The notes under the pieces: generated by a model
Database searches by the model: none
Seen by the model: the letters and a program-made list of their open reading frames with translations, nothing else
What the model was told of the DNA's origin: nothing
Translations under genes and position numbers: made by a program
From: a candidate division WOR-3 bacterium
GTDB taxonomy: Bacteria; Hydrothermota; Tepidihabitantia; Tepidihabitantales; JAOUPE01
Reading direction: 5' to 3'
NCBI GenBank assembly: GCA_039801565.1
Contig: JBDRUX010000037.1
Location: 1 to 21,598, forward strand
DNA length: 21,598 nt
Shown here: positions 1 to 7,223 of the stretch, in pieces
Layout of the letters: each line of letters opens with the position of its first letter
Numbering within the stretch: the stretch's first letter is position 1

Positions 1-63
1 TACTTTGTCCGACTTAAAGCCGGCAATAATCTCCAAACGCAAAAGCTAACGCTTGCCCGATAA
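1..63 (+). CDS. 3' end of a secreted protein with a T9SS/Por-type (FlgD-Ig-like) C-terminal sorting tail (partial)
   Basis: Frame 1 reads YFVRLKAGNNLQTQKLTLAR*, matching the YFVRL...TxKL end of such C-terminal domains. A terminator follows. Confidence 0.7.
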   Translation, partial: YFVRLKAGNNLQTQKLTLAR

Positions 64-80
64 TTAGAATAAAATCTTAG

Positions 81-114
81 AAGGGGTGACAAATGTCACC
101 CCTTTGTTTTTTTT
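81..114 (+). terminator. Rho-independent terminator
   Basis: Perfect stem aaggggtgac/gtcacccctt with 4-nt loop, followed by a T run (tgtttttttt), just after the upstream stop. Confidence 0.9.
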
Positions 115-198
115 CCGGTCAAAAAGTCCGCTGAGAGAAACGAATCGCTTAAAATAACCATTTGGGTTTTAGATATTAGAAATTAAGGGTGCCAGTCC

Positions 199-414
199 CC
201 CAGCCAGCTTCCGAGGTTGCCTACGGAGTAGCCCCCTAACCAGCTCCCCAGGTTGCTTCCCCAGTAGCCTACCGAGTCGCCTCCGAGGTTGCCTACGAAG
301 TCGCTCCCGAACTTGCCTACCAACCAACCCCCGAACTTGCTTCCGAGGCTACTCCCGAAGCTACCTACGGGGCAACTTAGGGGGTAGCCTACGGGGTCAC
401 CCCCTAAGCGATAC
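199..414. repeat. Degenerate 12-bp tandem array (~18 units, consensus near ccgaggttgcct)
   Basis: Strict 12-bp register with no indels: 211 ccgaggttgcct, 223 acggagtagccc, 247 cccaggttgctt, 283 ccgaggttgcct, 295 acgaagtcgctc, 307 ccgaacttgcct, 331 ccgaacttgctt, 343 ccgaggctactc and others. GC-rich against an AT-rich background. Confidence 0.9.
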
Positions 415-607
415 CCCCTCCCTAAGGGAAAATTGGTGTAACCGACGGAAGACCAACACGATAGACGAAAAAATCGGTCATTTTTAGGTTGAAATATATT
501 TCAACTTTTTCTGGCACAAAAATACCAAATAACTTCTAAAATTTTGGCCTCTACATTCTCTGCGATTATTCTGTAGTTAAATTTTTTACCTTCTGGGGTT
601 CTAATTT

Positions 608-644
608 AGTGGGGAATTTTTCCTCACTGGTTCAAATTTACCCA
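608..644. promoter_or_regulatory. Candidate upstream activator sites for a sigma-54 enhancer-binding protein
   Basis: Palindrome agtggggaa-ttt-ttcctcact (608-628, one mismatch) plus a related tggttcaaatttaccca (628-644), about 140-175 bp upstream of the -24 element. Confidence 0.5.
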
Positions 645-782
645 ATTTTTCTTTTTATCTTAAAGACACTCAAGGCAGAGATTAACAATCTTATTAAAGA
701 ATCTGATTGTTAATAATTTGTCTTTTAATAACTTATGAAATTGAGCTTCTAATTTGATTTAAAGTCTAAATAAAATCATTTT

Positions 783-798
783 CGGCATAGTATTTGCA
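783..798 (+). promoter_or_regulatory. Sigma-54 (-24/-12) promoter of the redox operon
   Basis: cGGcatagtatttGCa has exact GG-N10-GC spacing and is close to TGGCAC-N5-TTGCW. It is preceded by an AT-rich tract and followed by SD aaggagg before ATG 907. Confidence 0.75.
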
Positions 799-906
799 TT
801 TGTAAGCGAATATAAGAAATGACAGCAAATAATCTGAATATTATTCATTTTCATTTTAACTTAGACGTTATCACGAGAATAATTCGTAATAAAAAGGAGG
901 AGTCGT

Positions 907-1224
907 ATGACTCAATATTCTGGACTCTGTTCTTGTTGTAAGAATGCAGTAAACTGCAATTATCTACGCACCGCCAATTCACCAATTTGGCAATGCGAAG
1001 AGTTCGAAGGTTTTGAGTGCAAACCAACTAACCAAAAACCTGAAATTCCCAAAAAGCATAGTTTGAGCGCTGCGAGAACAACCGAAAAAACTAATTCCGA
1101 TTTTTTGGGACTATGTAGAAACTGTGAAAATAGTAATACCTGTAAATTTCCCAAACCAGAAGGGGTATCTGGCACTGTGAGGAGTATAAGTAAGCAGTTG
1201 AGCAGAGGCTATAGGAGGCAATAA
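907..1224 (+). CDS. Small Cys-rich protein with two GLCxxC-x5-C...CEE(F/Y) repeats; probable frameshift at 1162-1165 (natural stop probably 1191-1193)
   Basis: Strong SD. Repeat 1 is GLCSCCKNAVNC...PIWQCEEF. Repeat 2 begins GLCRNCENSNTCKFPKPEG, and its expected ending IWHCEEYK* lies in the -1 frame at 1167-1193. Confidence 0.75.
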   Translation: MTQYSGLCSCCKNAVNCNYLRTANSPIWQCEEFEGFECKPTNQKPEIPKKHSLSAARTTEKTNSDFLGLCRNCENSNTCKFPKPEGVSGTVRSISKQLSRGYRRQ

Positions 1225-1225
1225 A

Positions 1226-2203
1226 ATGACGAAAGTTGAAAACATTGACAAAACAGCTGGTCTATGTTCTACTTGTATCAAAGCTGCAACCTGTACTTTT
1301 CCCCGTGACCCAAACCGACCAGTCTTAGAGTGTGAAGAGTTTGAAGGTGAAACTTTCAGTCCGGAAGGCACAATAAAGATTGTCGAAAGATTCGCCAAGG
1401 AAAAAGGTAGTTTAATTGCCATCCTTGAAGAGATGCAACAAAAATATGGCTATCTGCCGGAAAAAGCACTACGAATCGTCGCCGAGCGAACCGGTCGTTC
1501 GTTAGTTGATGTCTATGGTGTAGCAACCTTCTATCGTGCCTTTAGCCTAAAACCAAGGGGCAGACACCTCGTCTCTGCCTGTTTAGGTACTGCCTGTCAT
1601 GTGCGTGGCGCGCCCAGAGTAGTCGAAGAGTTAGAAAGACAACTGAAAATTAACCGGGGTGATACTACGCCCGACAAGCAATTCACCTTAGAAATCGTAA
1701 ACTGCTTAGGCGCTTGTGCCCTTGGACCAATTGTGGTGGTTGACGGTCATTATTTCTCCAATGTCAATACTACCAAGGTGAAAACCATCCTTGAGAAAAC
1801 TCTTGAAGGATTGGATAAGACCGAAGTGAAAGGGGATTTGAGAATCTTTCCGGTTGAGGTCAATTGTCCCCGCTGTAATCATAGTTTGATGGACAACGAA
1901 TACTTAATTGACGGCTATCCTTCGATTCGGGTAACGGTTGCATTTGGGCAGAACCACGGTTGGCTTCGGCTATCTTCTTTGTATGGCAGTTACAATGTCG
2001 AATCGGAATACGAAATTCCAATGGGTGCGGTTGTCAACTTTTTCTGTCCCCATTGTCATAATGAACTGATTGGCTCGACTAATTGTCCTGAGTGTGGGAC
2101 AAAGATGGTGCCGATGGTTGTGCGCGAAGGCGGAATGGTGCAAATCTGCTCCCGTCGCGGTTGCAAAGGACATCGATTAGACCTTGACCGAATTAACTTA
2201 TAA
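1226..2203 (+). CDS. nuoE: NuoE/HydC-like [2Fe-2S] subunit with extra N-terminal Cys repeat and C-terminal 8-Cys domain
   Basis: GVATFY, CLGTAC and CLGAC(ALGP) thioredoxin-like 2Fe-2S motifs. N-terminus GLCSTC...CEEF. C-terminus CPRC, CPHC, CPEC, CSRRGC. The symbol denotes the family, not complex I. Confidence 0.88.
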   Translation: MTKVENIDKTAGLCSTCIKAATCTFPRDPNRPVLECEEFEGETFSPEGTIKIVERFAKEKGSLIAILEEMQQKYGYLPEKALRIVAERTGRSLVDVYGVATFYRAFSLKPRGRHLVSACLGTACHVRGAPRVVEELERQLKINRGDTTPDKQFTLEIVNCLGACALGPIVVVDGHYFSNVNTTKVKTILEKTLEGLDKTEVKGDLRIFPVEVNCPRCNHSLMDNEYLIDGYPSIRVTVAFGQNHGWLRLSSLYGSYNVESEYEIPMGAVVNFFCPHCHNELIGSTNCPECGTKMVPMVVREGGMVQICSRRGCKGHRLDLDRINL

Positions 2204-2215
2204 AAAGGATGAATA

Positions 2216-4069
2216 ATGGAAAAACTGAAATCAATTGAAGAATTCAAGTCTTTCCAAGAAGTTTTAATTGCTGAAGCCAAGAAAAGTACAATCCAAACAA
2301 TTGTAATTTCGGCTGGAACTTGTGGACAAGCCAGTGGTGCCAATGATTTGATTCGAGTCGCCAAAAGAGAAATTCTTGCAAGACAACTGTCGGATAAAAT
2401 TCGGTTACGCATCACTGGTTGTCATGGATTCTGTCAGATGGAGCCATCGGTCTTGATTGAACCAAATCGGATATTCTATCCAAAACTCAAGCCGACCGAT
2501 ATGGTAAAAGTAGTTGAAGCAGTAGCAAAGGGCGAAGTTCTAAAGGATTTGCTTTACAAAGACCCTGATACCGGAAAAATCCTTGAAAAGCAGGAAGAGT
2601 TGCCATTCTTTAAAAAACAGGTTCGGACGATTTTGTCGCAAAATGAAAAAGTTGACCCAATTAGAATCTACCAATATATCGAAAATGGTGGTTACTCGGC
2701 TTTAGTGAAAGTTTTAGAGAAGAGTGATCCAAAATGGACAATTGAAGAAGTGAAAATGTCTGGTTTACGCGGTCGTGGTGGAGCCGGTTTCCCGACCGGA
2801 CTGAAATGGCAAATGTTGGCTAATCAACCCAGTGATCGAGGCAAATATTTGGTCTGTAATGCTGATGAAGGTGACCCTGGTGCCTATATGGACCGTAGTG
2901 TCTTAGAAGGTAACCCCCATAGTATCATCGAAGGGATGATTATTGGTGCTTTTGCTACTGGTGCCACCGAAGGTGTGATTTATGTCCGCACCGAATATCC
3001 ATTAGCTATCAAACACTTGGTCATTGCTCTAAGGCAGGCTCGTGAGTTAGGTCTTTTAGGTGAAAATATCTTAGGCACTGGATTTTCCTTTGACATTAGT
3101 TTAGTGCGTGGGGCCGGAGCTTTTGTTTGTGGCGAAGAGACCGCGTTAATGCGTTCAATTGAAGGTAAGATTGGCGAACCAAGACAACGTCCACCCTATC
3201 CGGTCGAAAAAGGAATCTATGGCAAACCAACCGCCATCAACAATGTCGAAACCTGGGCAAATATTCCAGTTATCTTTAACCAAGGGGCAAAGGAATTTGC
3301 TAAGATTGGAACCAAGAATAATTCGGGAACAAAGATATTCAGTCTGGTAGGAAAAGTTAAAAATACCGGTCTTGTTGAAGTACCAATGGGAATTACGATT
3401 GGTGAAATCGTCTATGACATTGGTGGCGGTCCGGTGGGGAAGGCAAAAATCAAGGCGGTCCAGACTGGTGGACCATCAGGCGGTTGTATCCCAGCCAGTA
3501 TGTTTAACTTACCAATTGATTATGACAGCCTAACCAAAGCCGGTTCAATAATGGGTTCGGGTGGAATGATTGTGATGGATGAAAATACCTGTATGGTGGA
3601 TGTGGCAAAATACTTTATGAACTTTCTCAAAGACGAATCCTGTGGTAAATGTTTCACCTGCCGCAAAGGCACTCAACGGATGTGGGAGATTCTTGATGAC
3701 ATTGCCACTGGTAAAGGTACTCCTAATGAACTTGATTTACTTGAGGAGTTAGCCAATGTGGTCAAGGATACGACAATGTGCGGCTTGGGTCAGACCGCAC
3801 CCAATCCGGTTCTTTCGACAATTCGCTATTTCCGTGATGAATATATCGAGCATCTCAAGAATAAAAAGTGTCCAGCTGGCGTCTGTAAAGAACTAATTAC
3901 TTATACGATTAATGAAAACTGCACTGGTTGCCAACTCTGTGTTAAACAATGTCCGGAACGGGCAATAACTGGTAAGAAGAAAGAAAAACACACCATTGAC
4001 CAAACTAAGTGCATCAAATGTGGCGCCTGCAAAAGCGTCTGTAAGTTTGATGCAGTAACGGTAAAATGA
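2216..4069 (+). CDS. nuoF: NuoF/HydB-like NAD(H)/FMN-binding subunit with N-terminal 2Fe-2S and C-terminal 2x[4Fe-4S] domains
   Basis: SGLRGRGGAGFPTG, CNADEGDPGAYMDR, GAGAFVCGEETAL, GGPSGG, ESCGKCFTCR, CGLGQTAPNP, and ferredoxin motifs CTGCQLCVKQCP and CIKCGACKSVC. Confidence 0.95.
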   Translation: MEKLKSIEEFKSFQEVLIAEAKKSTIQTIVISAGTCGQASGANDLIRVAKREILARQLSDKIRLRITGCHGFCQMEPSVLIEPNRIFYPKLKPTDMVKVVEAVAKGEVLKDLLYKDPDTGKILEKQEELPFFKKQVRTILSQNEKVDPIRIYQYIENGGYSALVKVLEKSDPKWTIEEVKMSGLRGRGGAGFPTGLKWQMLANQPSDRGKYLVCNADEGDPGAYMDRSVLEGNPHSIIEGMIIGAFATGATEGVIYVRTEYPLAIKHLVIALRQARELGLLGENILGTGFSFDISLVRGAGAFVCGEETALMRSIEGKIGEPRQRPPYPVEKGIYGKPTAINNVETWANIPVIFNQGAKEFAKIGTKNNSGTKIFSLVGKVKNTGLVEVPMGITIGEIVYDIGGGPVGKAKIKAVQTGGPSGGCIPASMFNLPIDYDSLTKAGSIMGSGGMIVMDENTCMVDVAKYFMNFLKDESCGKCFTCRKGTQRMWEILDDIATGKGTPNELDLLEELANVVKDTTMCGLGQTAPNPVLSTIRYFRDEYIEHLKNKKCPAGVCKELITYTINENCTGCQLCVKQCPERAITGKKKEKHTIDQTKCIKCGACKSVCKFDAVTVK

Positions 4070-4091
4070 ACAGAAAGGAGTTAAGGAAATA

Positions 4092-4769
4092 ATGATTAAT
4101 TTAACAATCAATGGCTTACCGGTCTCGGTAGAGAAAGGAACCACCTTGCTCGAAGCAGCAAAATTCTTAGGATTCCCGATTCCGACCCTCTGTCATATGG
4201 AAGGGCTTACACCTTATGGCGCCTGCCGACTTTGCGTAGTTGAGATTGGCGAAGGTGAAAAGGCAAAATTGGTTTCATCCTGCACCTATCCAGCCGAAGA
4301 GGGCTTGAAGGTCCGAACCGCTTCTTCCCGGGTCATTAAGGCTCGTAAGATGGTCTTGGAACTATTATTAGCCTCTTGTCCCCAATCCAAAATAATTCAA
4401 GACCTTGCTTCAGCTTATGAAGTAAAACAACAAAGGTTTAAACAGGAATACGAAGATTGCATCCTTTGCGGATTGTGCGTTAGGATGTGCGAAGAGCAGA
4501 TGATGGCAAAGGCGATTGGCTTTCGGGGCAGAGGTGAAAAGCGGAGCCTTGGCACTCCATTTGACATAAAGTCTGAAGAGTGTCGGTTATGCGGCGGCTG
4601 TATCTATGTCTGTCCGGCTTGTCAACTCCGCTGCACCTATACTGAGCCAGAAAAAGCAATTTGTGGCGGTTGTGCCAATTTGAGTCCACCCTGTCTCGAA
4701 AAAGAGAAGTTTGATGATATGATGTGTTATATGGACCCTTGTGTCGCTTGTGAAATTAAAAAAGATTAA
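4092..4769 (+). CDS. Short NuoG/HydA-N-terminal-like Fe-S protein (2Fe-2S + 2x4Fe-4S + 8-Cys tail), no catalytic domain
   Basis: IPTLC...GACRLCVVE...SSC, then CILCGLCVRMC and CRLCGGCIYVCP. Only 225 aa, with no H-cluster or molybdopterin motifs. Confidence 0.9.
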   Translation: MINLTINGLPVSVEKGTTLLEAAKFLGFPIPTLCHMEGLTPYGACRLCVVEIGEGEKAKLVSSCTYPAEEGLKVRTASSRVIKARKMVLELLLASCPQSKIIQDLASAYEVKQQRFKQEYEDCILCGLCVRMCEEQMMAKAIGFRGRGEKRSLGTPFDIKSEECRLCGGCIYVCPACQLRCTYTEPEKAICGGCANLSPPCLEKEKFDDMMCYMDPCVACEIKKD

Positions 4770-4789
4770 TCAGAAAGGAGAACAATAAT

Positions 4790-6373
4790 ATGTCTTTATC
4801 AAGAATTAACGCCTCAGCGGCGACCTTAACCAAGAATCGAACCGAAGATTCAATAGTTCCCGGTTCCGGGATGTGTGTAACCTGTGTTGATGGGTGTATT
4901 GGAATGTGCGAAATCGGTAAATCAGCCTATCGTGGTCACGAAGTAATCTATCCCCAACCTTTTGGTGTTATCACGACCGCTGCCGAAAAAACTTATCCGG
5001 TTGACTACTCCCATTTCAATATTATGGGTAGCACAGTTGGTGCCTATGGTATTGAAGCCGATAGCAATAAAGCAATCTTTCCGGCGGTTAATATCGAAGT
5101 TATCTTTGGTCACGATAACGGATTAAAATTCCGTTATCCCTGGATTATCCCTGGTATCGGCTCGACCGACATTGCCAAGAATAACTGGCAAGGTTTAACA
5201 ATTGGTTCCGCCTTAGCCGGAACCGGCCTAACGATTGGGGAAAATGTAGTTGGTATGGACCCCGAAGCGGTAATTAAAAATGGTCGAGTAGTTGATACCG
5301 TAGATTTAAAAATGCGGGTGAAATTATTCAAAGACTATCAACGCGACGGTTACGGTGCGATTATTGTCCAAGCCAATGTCGAGGATACCCGTTTGGGTGT
5401 TCAAGAATATGCAATCGAAAAATTGGGTGTGGAATGTGTTGAACTAAAATGGGGTCAGGGAGCAAAGGATATTGGCGGCGAAGTTAAAATAAAATCTTTG
5501 AAAAAAGCCCAATTGCTTTATGAACGGGGTTATATCGTCTTACCCAATCCAACTAATCCGGATGTGATTGAAGCATTCAACCGCGGTGCCTTCAAAGAAT
5601 TTGAAAGACATTCCAGAGTCGGCATGGTGACTGAGGAATCCTTTGCTAAAAGAATTGAAGAATTGCGTAAAGCCGGAGCAAAATATATCTTTCTGAAAAC
5701 CGGGGCCTATCGCCCCGCTGACTTAGCCAGAGCTATTGTATTCGCCTCCAAATACAAGTTAGACCTTTTGACTGTTGATGCCGCCGGTGGCGGAACCGGT
5801 ATGAGCCCTTGGCGGATGATGAACGAATGGGGTGTGCCACCAGTTGAACTACATTCTCTAATGTATCAATACGCCAAACGATTAGCGGATAAAGGAAAGT
5901 ATGTGCCAACCTTGGTCGCAGCCGGTGGTTTCACTTTTGAAGACCAAGTCTTCAAGGCATTAGCCCTTGGCGCACCTTATGTCAAATTAGTCGGTATGGC
6001 AAGGGCACCAATCGCGGCAGCAATGGTCGGCAAAACAATTGGTAAGGCAATCGAAGCCGGTCAACTGCCAGTCTATATTGAACGATTTGGTAGCACCAAA
6101 GAAGAAATCTTTGTCACCGCCAGTGTGTTAAAAAGAGAACTCGGTGAAAAAGAGTTTGAGAAAATCCCGTGCGGTGCAATCGGACTATATACTTACTATG
6201 AAAGATTAGCCCAAGGATTGCGTCAGCTTATGGCAGGTAGTCGAAAGTTTGCCTTAAAATATATCAGCCGGGATGACATTGCCGCACTCACTCGTGAAGC
6301 AGCCGAAATTAGCGGTATTCGCTATATAATGGATGTGGACAAAGAAGAAGCTGACAAAATTCTGAACAGTTAA
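4790..6373 (+). CDS. FMN-binding glutamate synthase family protein (stand-alone GltB FMN-domain type)
   Basis: ELKWGQGAK, DAAGGGTG and KALALGA motifs of the GltB FMN barrel, plus N-terminal CVTCVDGCIGMC. No amidotransferase or GXGXG domain. Confidence 0.88.
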   Translation: MSLSRINASAATLTKNRTEDSIVPGSGMCVTCVDGCIGMCEIGKSAYRGHEVIYPQPFGVITTAAEKTYPVDYSHFNIMGSTVGAYGIEADSNKAIFPAVNIEVIFGHDNGLKFRYPWIIPGIGSTDIAKNNWQGLTIGSALAGTGLTIGENVVGMDPEAVIKNGRVVDTVDLKMRVKLFKDYQRDGYGAIIVQANVEDTRLGVQEYAIEKLGVECVELKWGQGAKDIGGEVKIKSLKKAQLLYERGYIVLPNPTNPDVIEAFNRGAFKEFERHSRVGMVTEESFAKRIEELRKAGAKYIFLKTGAYRPADLARAIVFASKYKLDLLTVDAAGGGTGMSPWRMMNEWGVPPVELHSLMYQYAKRLADKGKYVPTLVAAGGFTFEDQVFKALALGAPYVKLVGMARAPIAAAMVGKTIGKAIEAGQLPVYIERFGSTKEEIFVTASVLKRELGEKEFEKIPCGAIGLYTYYERLAQGLRQLMAGSRKFALKYISRDDIAALTREAAEISGIRYIMDVDKEEADKILNS

Positions 6374-6391
6374 TGAAACCAAAGAAAATCT

Positions 6392-6453
6392 GCCACAGAG
6401 TCACCGAGGACACGGAGAAAAAATTCATCTCTGTGCTCTCCGTTCTCTGTGGC
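6392..6453. repeat. Palindromic cacagag/ctctgtg-type intergenic element
   Basis: gccacagag-tcaccgag-gacacggag ... ctctgtgc-tctccgtt-ctctgtggc. The outer 9 bp are perfectly complementary. Confidence 0.75.
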
Positions 6454-6470
6454 TTAATTTATATTCTGGC

Positions 6471-6565
6471 AAGAGGCGTCCGGCAAGTCTCATTCCTCTT
6501 TGTAGCCCGTCAGCATTAGACGGTTAGTCGAATTTTAAGACCTTTAACCGGACGCCTCTTTTATT
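6471..6565. other. Long stem-loop with 13-bp perfect closing stem; possible terminator or small structured RNA
   Basis: aagaggcgtccgg (6471-6483) pairs with ccggacgcctctt (6548-6560). Inner hairpin ccgtc/gacgg. T-rich tail on the + strand. Confidence 0.55.
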
Positions 6566-6702
6566 GAGTCCAATATCAACCATTACATAGATAGTGCAAC
6601 AAAGAATCAATATTTACCCATTAACTTGCTTCCTCAGTTGACTGCGGTACACTGAGCTAATAACAACAAATGCATAAAAGCATTAGCAGTTGTGCTTAAA
6701 GC

Positions 6703-6730
6703 TTGACTTTTGTTAATTTGCTGGTATGAT
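6703..6730 (+). promoter_or_regulatory. Sigma-70-type promoter of ogt
   Basis: TTGACT-N16-TATGAT with extended -10 TG. The ATG is only 10 nt downstream. Confidence 0.7.
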
Positions 6731-6740
6731 TGAAGGTTAA

Positions 6741-7223
6741 ATGAAATTATGGAAATTCACACCAAATTTGTTTCGGATGGAGTTTAGCCGAAAAGGTTTA
6801 CGGTCTTTAAAGATTTACTCGAAACCAAAGACGAATTTTGCCCAACCCAAAAATCATTTTGCCCAAACACTTAAAATCCAATTAGAAAAGTATTTCAATC
6901 GCCAACGAGTGAATTTTAGTATACCGATTGATTGGACCGGTATTCCGAATTTTACCCGCAAGGTACTTTCGGCGGTTAAAAGAATTCCTTACGGTGAGGT
7001 ATGGAGTTATCAAATGATTGCCCACCGGATTGGTAAGCCAAAGAGTTCCCGAGCCATTGGTCAAGCTTTGGCGCGGAATCCAATGCCAATCGTTATTCCT
7101 TGCCATCGAGTCATTAGAAGCAACCACAGTCTGGGCGGATTTAGTTTTGGAAAGAAATGGAAAAAAAGACTTTTGGAGTTAGAAGGTTGGAAAGTCGTTA
7201 AAGGAAAATTAAAAGGTGAGTAA
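6741..7223 (+). CDS. ogt: Methylated-DNA--protein-cysteine S-methyltransferase
   Basis: IPYGEVWSY, RAIGQALARNP and active-site IPCHRV. Confidence 0.93.
   Translation: MKLWKFTPNLFRMEFSRKGLRSLKIYSKPKTNFAQPKNHFAQTLKIQLEKYFNRQRVNFSIPIDWTGIPNFTRKVLSAVKRIPYGEVWSYQMIAHRIGKPKSSRAIGQALARNPMPIVIPCHRVIRSNHSLGGFSFGKKWKKRLLELEGWKVVKGKLKGE

Noticed and set aside
199..414. 12-bp arrays as a CRISPR array or a DGR template/variable repeat pair
   Set aside because: There is no constant repeat with unique spacers and no cas or RT gene. One minus-strand codon varies like AAC to NNC, but other positions vary at non-A bases too, and the two arrays are not colinear copies.
512..526. tggcac as another sigma-54 promoter
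   Set aside because: The -12 position reads CC rather than GC at the required spacing.
4067..4069. TGA of the nuoF-like gene as selenocysteine
   Set aside because: The protein is complete at this point, and an SD for the next gene follows immediately.
1226..4769. Respiratory complex I or an [FeFe]/[NiFe] hydrogenase
   Set aside because: No membrane Nuo subunits, H-cluster motifs or NiFe subunits are present in the window.
6633..6687. Short hairpins ctcagt/actgag and gctaat/attagc
   Set aside because: The 6-bp stems could arise by chance and match no motif I recognise.
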